Positions 1 to 9,431 of a stretch of DNA of 57,814 bases are shown here, piece by piece. Under the pieces are notes generated by a model. It made no database searches, was not told the DNA's origin, and worked only from the letters and a program-made list of their open reading frames with translations. The translations under genes were made by a program, and so were the position numbers. Source of the stretch: a virus. Lineage: Duplodnaviria; Caudoviricetes. The DNA is taken from positions 1 through 57,814 of the IMG/VR virus record IMGVR_UViG_3300035703_000106; one strand, given 5' to 3'. Each line of letters starts with the position of its first letter. Within the stretch, counting starts at the first letter, position 1.

Positions 1-79
1 GTCTTGTCGAATGGAGTGACAAGTAAAGTGAGGAATCTGAATGTGTAGACTAAATCGCCTGCTTGTTTGATTAATCCCA

Positions 80-445
80 TTATATCCTCTTTAATTTCTC
101 AATGACTTCCGGATCAGATTCTATTTCTTTTAACTGATTCGGGCGAACATGATTTAAATATTCTAAGAAAGGCTTTATTACCTTCCAGTGTTTAGGTTCT
201 AATCTTAAGCCTAATAGACGTAAGGCTGCATAGTTACCAAATACATTAAAAATTACAATTGTATGATTTAGTATCAAGCGTTCGGATAGAATACCTGTTT
301 CGATATATCTATTCACCAAACGCTTGATATATTTAAACCGCTTTAGATCATCATAAAATTCTTCAGGATCAATTTTACCCTTTGGAGAGTAATAGTGCTT
401 CGCTGCAAATTTTACTAGATCTTCTTCTAGTAAATCATCATCCAT
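80..445 (-). CDS. Conserved T4-like phage hypothetical protein
   Basis: 121 aa ORF; the EEFYDDLKRFKYIKRL...ERLILNH pattern is recalled from T4-like marine phages. Confidence 0.65.
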   Translation of the reverse strand: MDDDLLEEDLVKFAAKHYYSPKGKIDPEEFYDDLKRFKYIKRLVNRYIETGILSERLILNHTIVIFNVFGNYAALRLLGLRLEPKHWKVIKPFLEYLNHVRPNQLKEIESDPEVIEKLKRI

Positions 446-453
446 GAATTATC

Positions 454-1674
454 TTATGCGTCCTTGAAGCCGTCGTCTTCTTTCTTTGAAGCTCTTGCGG
501 TAATGTCAAGTGGTTTATTAATAATATTCTTATCACCCTGAAGTGCATCGCCATGACGAGCTGGAGCTTTCTTAGCAGATTTACGCATTGCGTCAAAGGA
601 CTTTTTGTCGACCTTTGGCTCGTTTACGAAATCAGGCATAGGAGTCTTACGAGCAAGTTCTTTCTTTGCATTTGGAGAAAGACCTTCACCAGGAGGAGAA
701 GCTACACCAGGACGCCCGCTGTGTGATGCAGTTGCTGCTTCAGTTTGTACTGATTCTTTCTTCATATCCCAAGGAGCTGGCTTCAGAGAAACCTTATCCT
801 TTGGTTTTGCTTTGGCTGAAGATAGTGCCGCCTTAACCTGCTTATCGGTTAATTTAGCTTCATCTACTTCTTCTTTAGTCATTTTGTCAACAGCTTTAGA
901 GATACCCATATCTCTTTTATATGACTTCTGAAGATTAGCCATGCTTGCGTCTTTTTCTGCACCACGCTTATATTCTCTTCCTGCTAGATTGCGAGAAGCT
1001 TTCTTAACATAAGAACCAAGGGTCTTCTTTGAAAGTTCGTCGAGCTCTTCGACTTCTTCATTTGCCTTAACTTTTACAGAGAATGAATTCTTTTTCATTC
1101 CTAACTTTCCTCTAGCAGTCAATATTCCTGTGGAACGCTTGCTAACCGCTTTACGTGTTTTATCTTCGGTGTCCTTAGATGGAGCTTCTCCACCTTTCCA
1201 AGGATAATCCATAATTTTTCCAGAACGACTATCAGTTCTAGAATCCCAGTCTTTTGTTTTTCTTTGATGTTTCTGTAGGTTAGATCCTGCTTTTTTTGCA
1301 TATGACTTAAGCGTATCTGATGAAAGTTCGTCAAGCTCTTCAACTTCTTCTTTCATGTCGTCTTTTTCATCTTCTTCGTCATCATCTTCTTTATCTTTCG
1401 ACTTCTTGCCTTTTTTCTTGTCCATATAGGCTTGAAGAGCTGGAGGCAGCTTGCCTTCAGAAGTCTGTACTTCGACTTCTTTACCCTTACCTTTACCCTT
1501 AATAGCAGCAGAAACAGTCTTACGACGGTTGTGTAGATATTTGTCGGACTTATCTACATCTCCATCGTTGTCGATATCAGCATCAGCTTTACCAACTGGA
1601 TCTAGTTTCTTCTTTGACGCTTCTTGCACCTGAAGCCAAGCCTGCGCCATCCTTTTAATGTCTTCTGTTTTCAT
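454..1674 (-). CDS. Lys/Glu-rich putative internal head protein with two EEVEELDELS..TL.SY.KKA cassettes
   Basis: 406 aa; repeats shared with 2266..3888; DADIDNDGDVDKSDKYLH EF-hand-like motif; many L/V/I-x-E sites. Confidence 0.7.
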   Translation of the reverse strand: MKTEDIKRMAQAWLQVQEASKKKLDPVGKADADIDNDGDVDKSDKYLHNRRKTVSAAIKGKGKGKEVEVQTSEGKLPPALQAYMDKKKGKKSKDKEDDDEEDEKDDMKEEVEELDELSSDTLKSYAKKAGSNLQKHQRKTKDWDSRTDSRSGKIMDYPWKGGEAPSKDTEDKTRKAVSKRSTGILTARGKLGMKKNSFSVKVKANEEVEELDELSKKTLGSYVKKASRNLAGREYKRGAEKDASMANLQKSYKRDMGISKAVDKMTKEEVDEAKLTDKQVKAALSSAKAKPKDKVSLKPAPWDMKKESVQTEAATASHSGRPGVASPPGEGLSPNAKKELARKTPMPDFVNEPKVDKKSFDAMRKSAKKAPARHGDALQGDKNIINKPLDITARASKKEDDGFKDA

Positions 1675-1683
1675 TTTCTTTCC

Positions 1684-1956
1684 TTACATTAGTATGTTAG
1701 AGGCGATGGCGCCTGACATTGCGACTATAGCTACCCAAAATAGCTTATTAATTGTATTTACCGTTACTGCATTCTGTGTTACAAGCTTTTCCAGCTCGTC
1801 AAGTTTAGCAGAGAATTTATTCATACGATCATATTGGGATGCGTACTTTTGTTCCATAGAGATAAGCTTTTCTTCGGCACGAGCAACGGTAATCATTGCT
1901 TCAGAAAGCTTATCTATCTTATTCTCAATACGATCTAATCTGCTATCATCTGACAT
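1684..1956 (-). CDS. Coiled-coil protein with C-terminal membrane anchor
   Basis: RLDRIENKIDKL coiled coil plus hydrophobic LFWVAIVAMSGAIA tail; start uncertain. Confidence 0.6.
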   Translation of the reverse strand: MSDDSRLDRIENKIDKLSEAMITVARAEEKLISMEQKYASQYDRMNKFSAKLDELEKLVTQNAVTVNTINKLFWVAIVAMSGAIASNILM

Positions 1957-1961
1957 GTCTT

Positions 1962-2273
1962 TTACCATTTTACTTTGTCTGCCCAATAAGCAGCTGACAT
2001 TTTACCTTTTGCAATATTCTTGGCATGACGTGCCTTGAATGATTTGCGACGTGCCTTTTGACGATCAGATTCGCCCTTCTTTGGTGCACCAGCAGTAGTA
2101 ACACCAGCTTGACCGAAACGAATAGTCTTTACCTGGTCACCATCTTTTGCAACCACAATATGACTCTTAGTAGGATGGCTTGGTGTCCCTTTTGGTTTAT
2201 TATACCCCGAGACACCAGCTTGTTTAAGACGGGAATCTTTTTCTTCGTTAATAAAATCCCTGAACTTAATCAT
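1962..2273 (-). CDS. Small basic putative virion-internal protein
   Basis: N-terminus MIKFRDFINEE resembles the T4 capsid-targeting sequence; IRFGQAG...RRKSFKARH...SAAYWA. Confidence 0.65.
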   Translation of the reverse strand: MIKFRDFINEEKDSRLKQAGVSGYNKPKGTPSHPTKSHIVVAKDGDQVKTIRFGQAGVTTAGAPKKGESDRQKARRKSFKARHAKNIAKGKMSAAYWADKVKW

Positions 2274-3888
2274 TTTTAATCATCTTCTTATCGGTCTTTA
2301 CCATACGAATCCCGACCTTACCGTCTGGACGAACATATTTCTCTGGCTTTTTATCAGCTGATTGTACAGCTTCCTTTGTAAGTTTATCGACAGCCTTATT
2401 GATATTATCTCTGCGATTTGCTCTCTTCATAAGAAGTGTATTATTGTGCTTAACTGGATCTTTTACACCACGTGGGTCAACATATCTGTTACGAGTAACT
2501 TCTGCTTCACGGTTGCCTAGATCATCTTTTGCTTTCTTTACATATGAACCAAGGGTCTTCTTTGAAAGCTCATCGATCTGTTCAGCTTCTTCTTTAGTCA
2601 GTTTATCTGTAGCTCTTGCAATACCTTTCATGCGATTGGCAATGTTACGCTTAATTTCTGGGGATGATTTCCCCATGGAAGAAGAAGCTTGTGCAGCAGC
2701 AACTGCAGCATTTCCAGCCATATTACCTGAAGCTTTCTTTACATACGAACCAAGAGTTGATTTCTTGAGTTCATCGATCTGTTCAGCTTCTTCTTTAGTC
2801 AGTTTATCAGTTGCCTTTGCAATACCTGACATACGTTGACCCATTCTTTTTCTAGCACGTTCGGTCTCAGGATCATTTTTACCAGCTAAAACTTTTGCAG
2901 TATTACCGATCTGATTGGTAGAAGCTTTCTTGATATATGAGCCAAGAGTCTTTTTATCCAGTTCGTCAATCTGTTCAGCTTCTTCATTAGTAAAGCGAGG
3001 TCTACTCATAGGACTGTATCCTGTATTTTTCTTAGGAGACGGTTTAATTACGCCTGATTCAGGTTTTTTGTTATCAGCAGAAGCTCTACTGTCAGCCCTA
3101 CGATCTAACCTACGAGCAGTACTTATTGCCATGACTGCACGAGCAGCACCAGAGATTTCATCAAGCTCTTCAGCTTCTTCTTTGGTAAGTTTGTTAGTTG
3201 CTGTAGAAATACCAATCTGTCTTCCGAGAGCCTTCATATAATTCTTACCACTATCTTTATCACGAACGTCACCTGCTCTATAAGCTTTAGTAACTGCATC
3301 ACCCGCAGCTTTCTTTACATATGAGGTAAGTGTCTTCTTTGAGAGTTCGTCTAGCTCTTCAGCTTCTTCTTTCATCTTAACTTTATAACCAGCATACTGC
3401 TTATCTGTCATACGCTTGGCTTGTGACTTATCTTTATCATCTTTATTGCGATCAGCTTTTTCTTTATCCATACGAATCTTTTGTAATGGAGAAATAGTAA
3501 CCGATTCTTCCATCGATTCATCTTCATCATCTTCGTCACTATTTTCTGCATCAAGGTAATCACGCACAGAACGAATATAGTCAGTTGCCTTAGTAACTTT
3601 ATTCTGTACCCACTCAGGAAGATTATCATCATCCCCGACCATCTTCATAAGTTTCTCATTCGCAGAACAGATCTGACGAAGTTGATTCTTCATCATATCG
3701 CCTTCTTTGTCGTACTCATTTGGGTCTTTTGCTTCAGCAACCTTTTTCGCCTGCCAAGTAGCAATCGCCATTTTCTTTTTCATATCCATGCCAGGATTCT
3801 CACGCTCCATTGCTTTCGCAATCTCTTCGCGCTTTTTCTTTTCAGCAGGAGTAAGTGTCTTTTCTCTCAGATCCTTGAAACTTTTCAT
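2266..3888 (-). CDS. Repeat-cassette putative internal head polyprotein
   Basis: 540 aa; MKSFKDLRE start; five EEAE(E/Q)(L/I)DE junctions, four followed by L..(K/S)TL.SY(V/I)KKA...KLTK. Confidence 0.75.
   Translation of the reverse strand: MKSFKDLREKTLTPAEKKKREEIAKAMERENPGMDMKKKMAIATWQAKKVAEAKDPNEYDKEGDMMKNQLRQICSANEKLMKMVGDDDNLPEWVQNKVTKATDYIRSVRDYLDAENSDEDDEDESMEESVTISPLQKIRMDKEKADRNKDDKDKSQAKRMTDKQYAGYKVKMKEEAEELDELSKKTLTSYVKKAAGDAVTKAYRAGDVRDKDSGKNYMKALGRQIGISTATNKLTKEEAEELDEISGAARAVMAISTARRLDRRADSRASADNKKPESGVIKPSPKKNTGYSPMSRPRFTNEEAEQIDELDKKTLGSYIKKASTNQIGNTAKVLAGKNDPETERARKRMGQRMSGIAKATDKLTKEEAEQIDELKKSTLGSYVKKASGNMAGNAAVAAAQASSSMGKSSPEIKRNIANRMKGIARATDKLTKEEAEQIDELSKKTLGSYVKKAKDDLGNREAEVTRNRYVDPRGVKDPVKHNNTLLMKRANRRDNINKAVDKLTKEAVQSADKKPEKYVRPDGKVGIRMVKTDKKMIKND
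2570..2808. repeat. 38-bp identical direct repeat (2570-2607 and 2771-2808) at cassette junctions
   Basis: tcatcgatctgttcagcttcttctttagtcagtttatc occurs twice; degenerate copies near 2965, 3165 and 3350. Confidence 0.85.
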
Positions 3889-4145
3889 TTTTTAATATTT
3901 CCTTTTTGCTTAGCCCAAAGATCTGGGTCGCCTTTAACTCTGGTTCTACCACCGGTGATGAAGCTATTTACACGTGCCATACCCCACTGCTGCGGAGTAG
4001 TGCCAGGCTTATGACCAACCTTCCAAGCAGCAACACCGCGCTTGTAAACTTGCTTTAGAATTGATAGACTGAATCCACTTTGCTTTGCTTTGTTTGCAAG
4101 GCCTGTGTCAGCTTCTTCTTTGAGATAAGATTTAAAAGTAATCAT
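3885..4145 (-). CDS. Small basic putative virion-internal protein (DUF5824-like)
   Basis: MITFKSYLKEE start; LKQVYKRGVAAW...PQQWGMARVNSF motif. Confidence 0.65.
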   Translation of the reverse strand: MITFKSYLKEEADTGLANKAKQSGFSLSILKQVYKRGVAAWKVGHKPGTTPQQWGMARVNSFITGGRTRVKGDPDLWAKQKGNIKK

Positions 4146-5548
4146 TTGTCCCCATACATCTGTTTGAATCTTAATGTGTACTGGCTAGGCTTAGTGCCTT
4201 TTTTGCGAGCGGCTTTATCACCTGGTGCATCTTTATATAGATCTGGATTACCGTGGTCAGTTCTCTTGGACATTTTCTTGAAATGTGCATCACGAGCTGC
4301 CTTAGTGGATTTTGATTTAATACCAATTTGGAATGTAGCTGGCTGAGAACCTTTACGATCATCAATGTCTTTATCCTGGCCGACCTCGATCTTTTCATTC
4401 GTAGGTACGCAGTTTGGAACCATCTTACCATTCTTCATCTTGGTGCCAACCTGTCTGTAACCAGGCCAGCACGGTCCTTCTTCGGGTAAGTCAAGAGTCT
4501 TAGGATAACCTTTTTGTCCTGGTTTTAATTTAGGTTTACCGGACATACGGCGTTTACGGATGTTATCCCAGATATTGCTTTCATCAACATCTTCATTCTG
4601 GCCCGGAGTCATCTTCTTTGCCTTCTTAGTAGACTCTGGTGTACCCCAATCAGGCTTATCAGCGTACATGCTTTTGCCTTCTTGTAGTTTCATAGAGAAA
4701 GAAGCAACCTCATACTCTGGGTATTTCTCTTCTACCTTCTCCACTGCGTCAAGCCACTTACGGTATTCATTCGCCTTTGATTCGATAATAACGTAGTTTG
4801 TACCAAGGCGCTTTACTTTACCAATCTCTCCATTCTCTTTAATGACGACTTCATCACCAACTTCGAAGAGTTTACCGTCAACATAGGATTCACGTATATC
4901 TGATACAGGATCAAGCTGGACGTGCTTACGATAGTCTGTAGCTTCCTTTAGTCCCATACCCTTACGAACAGCATTAAAAAGCGCCTTCGAATCTGAATTC
5001 GAAAACGCCTTTGGAAGACCTTGCACAAATGTAGTAAAGTCATTCTCTGATGCAGCTGCACGCATCTTAGATGCGCTCATACCTTCTACGCCTTCTGCAT
5101 CAGGATCGCGCTCGCCCGCGGATACGACCTTAATATCCATGAAGTTATAGAAGCCATGACGGGCTTTTTTACCGTTGTAGTTATTCAGAAGAGCATCGAA
5201 TTCTCTTACACGGTCAGATCCGACAACCATTACGATTCTACGGAAGCCTTCGTCATAGAGTGAAACTGCTACATCGATTGCTGTCTTGATCTTATTGTTC
5301 ATAAGAACGTTGCGTGCATGTCGTGGAAACATCCTACGAACGAACTTAACCTTATCCTTATATTCCAAAGGATTCTTATTATTGTCTGAAGACTGTGACA
5401 GATATAGTCTGTATGGATTCTTACCAGCAGTAGAAGCAAGTTTATCTAACAGCTTCTCATGACCAATCGTCGGCGGATTCATTCTCCCGAAGGAGAAGAA
5501 AACCGTCTTTTCTTCTTCAACTAAATACTGCTTAAACGATCCAATCAT
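4142..5548 (-). CDS. HIGH-superfamily nucleotidyltransferase (phage 'cytidyltransferase') with a modular C-terminal extension
   Basis: FGRMNPPTIGH, VVGSDR and MSASKMR motifs; MIGSFKQYLVEE start. Confidence 0.85.
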   Translation of the reverse strand: MIGSFKQYLVEEEKTVFFSFGRMNPPTIGHEKLLDKLASTAGKNPYRLYLSQSSDNNKNPLEYKDKVKFVRRMFPRHARNVLMNNKIKTAIDVAVSLYDEGFRRIVMVVGSDRVREFDALLNNYNGKKARHGFYNFMDIKVVSAGERDPDAEGVEGMSASKMRAAASENDFTTFVQGLPKAFSNSDSKALFNAVRKGMGLKEATDYRKHVQLDPVSDIRESYVDGKLFEVGDEVVIKENGEIGKVKRLGTNYVIIESKANEYRKWLDAVEKVEEKYPEYEVASFSMKLQEGKSMYADKPDWGTPESTKKAKKMTPGQNEDVDESNIWDNIRKRRMSGKPKLKPGQKGYPKTLDLPEEGPCWPGYRQVGTKMKNGKMVPNCVPTNEKIEVGQDKDIDDRKGSQPATFQIGIKSKSTKAARDAHFKKMSKRTDHGNPDLYKDAPGDKAARKKGTKPSQYTLRFKQMYGDK

Positions 5549-6015
5549 TCTTCGGCCTTTGGATTCTTTCTTTCCATTTCCTTTTTACGAACATCTTTAA
5601 TCATCTTGACTGCAAGACGTTCAATTCTGTTCTTAAAGGCTGGTCTACTAAGACGAGTTTCAATCTCAGCTTTTCTCGCTGGGGTAAGTTCATCCCTTGG
5701 GATGTTCTTTACTATCTTATTATAGATTGCTTTATAAGCTGCGCGGCGAGCTCTTTTCTCTAGAGTTTCTTTGCTAGCAAATCTACGGGCAGCTCTACGC
5801 TTACCCATCTGGATCTTTGCTTTATTACGGCGAATATCTCTAGATTTCTTAAGACGGGTAGCAATCGAAAGAGCTTCATCTACTTCGGTCTCTTCCCCGA
5901 TTGGACCACCTTCACCAACACCAATGGTGCGCTTGCGACGGTAAGCTCTATAGTTAACGAGTTCATCTTCTCCCGGAAGATACTCGACAGTCATCATATC
6001 TTTAAATCTTAGCAT
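5545..6015 (-). CDS. Highly basic hypothetical protein, probably virion-internal
   Basis: 156 aa; Arg/Lys-rich after EVDE/AL; MLRFKD start. Confidence 0.6.
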   Translation of the reverse strand: MLRFKDMMTVEYLPGEDELVNYRAYRRKRTIGVGEGGPIGEETEVDEALSIATRLKKSRDIRRNKAKIQMGKRRAARRFASKETLEKRARRAAYKAIYNKIVKNIPRDELTPARKAEIETRLSRPAFKNRIERLAVKMIKDVRKKEMERKNPKAEE

Positions 6016-7248
6016 TTATCTTCTTCCCGGTTTATCCCATCCCTTTAACGTATCTGGTGAGAAGTTGTTGAATGAAAATTCCATTCGATCAACGATCTTC
6101 ACCGCATCACCACCAAGCTTATCTATAGCCACATAACCCTCTGGACCTGTAGTCTTAAATCCGTTACGAGTCTTAACAAAATGTTTAGTTTTAGATAATT
6201 TATTAAGTATATTTATAAGTTTTAATTTTGCTAAAACGATCATTTTCTGCAAATCGAACATCAATTTCAGGGATTTTTTATTCTCATTTGAAAAAAATCT
6301 TAGGATTTCGTCACGCTTTTTGATTTGGGCGGCCTTACCTTTTTCGGTGTTGCGGCTTTCGATTTCTTTTTGGTAGCGGGCTTTGATCCATCTGACGAGA
6401 CCGTTGGTGTGGGCTGCGGTGTCGGTGACGATGGTTCCGGCTCTGACAAAGGTGTTATTGTAGGTTTCGATGAGGACTGCGAGCTCTCTGTTGGCTTCGA
6501 GTTCTCGTAGTGTATTCCCAGCAATTTGGTTAAAGATTTTACCAGCTTCTGAAAGATATTCATTGACCATCTCCGTTTCTTGTGAAGTCATTGTTAAATT
6601 CGTCAAGTCACGGAGCATAGCATCCTGCGACCAAATGTTCTTGGATTTCTTAAACTTACTTATATCTACCCCATACGAGGCGCGCATAGATTCAAATGTG
6701 CTACCGGTGTAAGAGGTATGCCAGACAATACCAATCTTTGCAGATCTAACGTTCTTTGCAGCATCTGAATTTGCAGGGATAGCATATACAATTGTATTCG
6801 GATGGAAGGTAACATATTGTTCTCCGTCTATGGTCTCTGTAGACAAATCACCGGGTCCGAAGAGGAAATCTCCCTGTACCACACCGGTAATTCCCAGTTC
6901 AGGCAAGTATCTGAGTGCCAGTTTGAGTTTATCTGCAAGATCACCAGAAGTATCAGCATCGACGTCAGCTGAAGATTTGTAGACTTTAGGGTTCTTGTTG
7001 AAAATTCCTTTCTTGGCCACGAAAAATTTATTATCACTCGGATCAATACCAGCAAAAATAGCAGGAGCACCATCCCACTTAACACTGACGTTTCCAGCAT
7101 GTGTTCCTTTCAACATATCACGAAGAGACCTAAGAGCAAGGATTGCTTCCCTTGCGCCTTTTACACCACCATATAATACGCGGTCTTCCACATGTGTCAT
7201 GTGGGTATTCTTTTGTTCTGTTATAAATGATTCGAAGTTTTCCATCAT
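6016..7248 (-). CDS. Ligase-like nucleotidyltransferase-fold protein (DUF6267-like)
   Basis: KNTHMTHVED, SVKWDGAPA (KxDG), QGDFLF, PEGYV and KIVDR resemble ligase motifs I-V. Confidence 0.65.
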   Translation of the reverse strand: MMENFESFITEQKNTHMTHVEDRVLYGGVKGAREAILALRSLRDMLKGTHAGNVSVKWDGAPAIFAGIDPSDNKFFVAKKGIFNKNPKVYKSSADVDADTSGDLADKLKLALRYLPELGITGVVQGDFLFGPGDLSTETIDGEQYVTFHPNTIVYAIPANSDAAKNVRSAKIGIVWHTSYTGSTFESMRASYGVDISKFKKSKNIWSQDAMLRDLTNLTMTSQETEMVNEYLSEAGKIFNQIAGNTLRELEANRELAVLIETYNNTFVRAGTIVTDTAAHTNGLVRWIKARYQKEIESRNTEKGKAAQIKKRDEILRFFSNENKKSLKLMFDLQKMIVLAKLKLINILNKLSKTKHFVKTRNGFKTTGPEGYVAIDKLGGDAVKIVDRMEFSFNNFSPDTLKGWDKPGRR

Positions 7249-8603
7249 TGGGTAATCTCTTGCCAGGTTAAAGCTAAAGTAGCATCATCATTATTTGTAG
7301 TAGGAACTACAGCAAAGGTTAATATGTCTCCGGCGCTATCTGCTTCGATTATTTTACGAGTAAGCTGTAAACCATGATTAAAATGATCGGAAAGATCTAC
7401 AGGATCAATGGTTTCTTGTCCGAAAAATACCCCCTGGAAAACAGTTGTACCACCTGTAATACCAGTAGCAGATAAATCATACTCTACAGCCGAACCCGAG
7501 TCTGTTAAATTCCATGATGCGTTTGTAAGTGTACAATCTTTTATAATTTTATACACAAATCCGGTGTTTTGAATCCCATACATAGTTAAAAGTCTAGGAA
7601 TAACTACCGCATCTGTATGATTTTCTCTTAGTTTAATTGATATCATAGGATTGTTAATGGAATTTGTTAAGTTTTTACCTGTAATAGGATTAGACACCGC
7701 TCTCGTAATACCGATCTGTTCATATCCACCTTCAGAAATAACCGTAGAACAAATCTGTTTAAGCATACTGCTAGATTCAGTCGCCCCCGTGTTTGTAATT
7801 TCATAACGAATAGGAAGAGTTGCTGTAGTAATATAAGTGCCAATAGTCTCATTCGCATGGTGAAAAATGTGGCAAATAATATATTGACCGTTAATAACAA
7901 AACCGGATCTTACAGAACCAACCCCGAGCCATTCTATATCAACCCAGAAAATATGGGACTTGGATAAATCTATAGTAACACCGCTTAAACCGGTACCATC
8001 CAACTTATCTACGTTCCACTGAGATTGGGGTATACGGGTGTTTACTATTTCACCAGTAACGTAACTACGCTTAACAATATACTTATCGAGCCCATCTTGC
8101 TCTAGATATATTCCATTATACTTGCCGAAGTATCCTACGCGCTGTCTAAGATTGTTTTTTGCCGATGCAAAGGTCATAGTGTTCATAATGAATAGACTTT
8201 TGCCGGGTTGATATCCAAATGTTCTATCAGTTTCTCGGACAATTTCATCGCCACTAGCTGTACCAACGGTTAAATCTACCAATGCTTGATTTGCATTATG
8301 GGCAACGGTAGTTGTCCCGGTTCTTTTACTATTCCACTTGTTATTACTTCCAGGGTATCTAAAAGAGCTATCAAATATTGTATGGGGATGAGATATTCTT
8401 AAACGCCCGAAAGCATCTTGTTGTGCGCTTAAGTTTCCAACTGTAGAATAGCTTGCTGCACCACCTAGTACAGCATCAACAGGAAAACGATTCGAAGTAG
8501 TAACCACATCGCCATTCTTATTGGCAATCATATTGACTTCGAAAATATCGTCGTTCTTCTGAGGACGATTTTTACTATTGCGACTTAAGCTATATTGTAC
8601 CAT
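7245..8603 (-). CDS. Beta-rich hypothetical protein, probably structural
   Basis: 452 aa Thr/Gly/Ser-rich; DAFGRLRIS, YQPGKS and EWLGVG motifs recur in phage proteins. Confidence 0.6.
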   Translation of the reverse strand: MVQYSLSRNSKNRPQKNDDIFEVNMIANKNGDVVTTSNRFPVDAVLGGAASYSTVGNLSAQQDAFGRLRISHPHTIFDSSFRYPGSNNKWNSKRTGTTTVAHNANQALVDLTVGTASGDEIVRETDRTFGYQPGKSLFIMNTMTFASAKNNLRQRVGYFGKYNGIYLEQDGLDKYIVKRSYVTGEIVNTRIPQSQWNVDKLDGTGLSGVTIDLSKSHIFWVDIEWLGVGSVRSGFVINGQYIICHIFHHANETIGTYITTATLPIRYEITNTGATESSSMLKQICSTVISEGGYEQIGITRAVSNPITGKNLTNSINNPMISIKLRENHTDAVVIPRLLTMYGIQNTGFVYKIIKDCTLTNASWNLTDSGSAVEYDLSATGITGGTTVFQGVFFGQETIDPVDLSDHFNHGLQLTRKIIEADSAGDILTFAVVPTTNNDDATLALTWQEITQ

Positions 8604-8604
8604 A

Positions 8605-9402
8605 TTAGCCCCATTTATTTTCTAAAAATAGTTTATTGATTCCATCAACAGTATCAATTGTATGAGGCGATTTACCTTTAGTTCTTAAACGACCTTGGAA
8701 TCGTAAACCTGCTGATCGTGCTTCTGTACCATCGGGAAACTTCAGTTTGCCCCCGCCATAAGCCAGACGAATTTCAACTTGGATTTCACCTTTTAGTCTT
8801 GGAATGGGAAGTTTAAATGGATTCTTACCAAGATAGAATAATCCTGCACCACCAATCTGAATATAATACACACCTTTTTTATTATAGTGCTTTTCGATAA
8901 ACTGAGCATCAGTAACAACTTTGGTATTGATATCTTTTAATAAGCCTTGTGCCTTTAAAAGATCTCTACCTTTTTTAGATACCTTAATTGGAATACCATC
9001 AATGTCTTTGTGATATTCAACTGGATCTAATTTCCTTGCAGCCATAATATATGCATCAAGATCTTTTTTCTTTGGTTCAACTGCAGCAAGTAATAATTCT
9101 TCATCTGCAGGATCCATCTTTTTAGCAGCAGTAAACTTCTGACTCTTCATATCATAAATGAAAGAACCTCCGCCCATTTGATCATCGGCTGAAAGCTTAA
9201 CTTCAATATTAAATGGCTTACCGTTTAATTTACCTTCAATATCGCCAGCACCAACATTAGAAAAACCTGCAGCTGGTTTATCGCCTGGTTTAAAGAAATT
9301 GAGGCCTGATTGTATAATTGCATTGTAAATTTTTAATTCATAATCTAAACCTTTTTGGCCAGACATAGCTTTCTCCGATATAAAAGATTTAAATGACTGC
9401 AT
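8605..9402 (-). CDS. PD-(D/E)xK nuclease-like protein with a capsid-targeting-like N-terminus
   Basis: MQSFKSFISE start; E...GAGDI...IEVK catalytic pattern. Confidence 0.55.
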   Translation of the reverse strand: MQSFKSFISEKAMSGQKGLDYELKIYNAIIQSGLNFFKPGDKPAAGFSNVGAGDIEGKLNGKPFNIEVKLSADDQMGGGSFIYDMKSQKFTAAKKMDPADEELLLAAVEPKKKDLDAYIMAARKLDPVEYHKDIDGIPIKVSKKGRDLLKAQGLLKDINTKVVTDAQFIEKHYNKKGVYYIQIGGAGLFYLGKNPFKLPIPRLKGEIQVEIRLAYGGGKLKFPDGTEARSAGLRFQGRLRTKGKSPHTIDTVDGINKLFLENKWG

Positions 9403-9431
9403 GTTAATCTCTCTTTGAACAATGTTTCTTG

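Noticed and set aside
2560-3370. Spaced DNA repeats resembling a CRISPR array
   Set aside because: Spacing is about 190-200 bp, copies are degenerate at codon positions and in frame within a CDS, and no cas genes are present.
605-4346. Several plus-strand ORFs with repeated SSICSASSLV text
   Set aside because: Mirror translations of the minus-strand repeat proteins.
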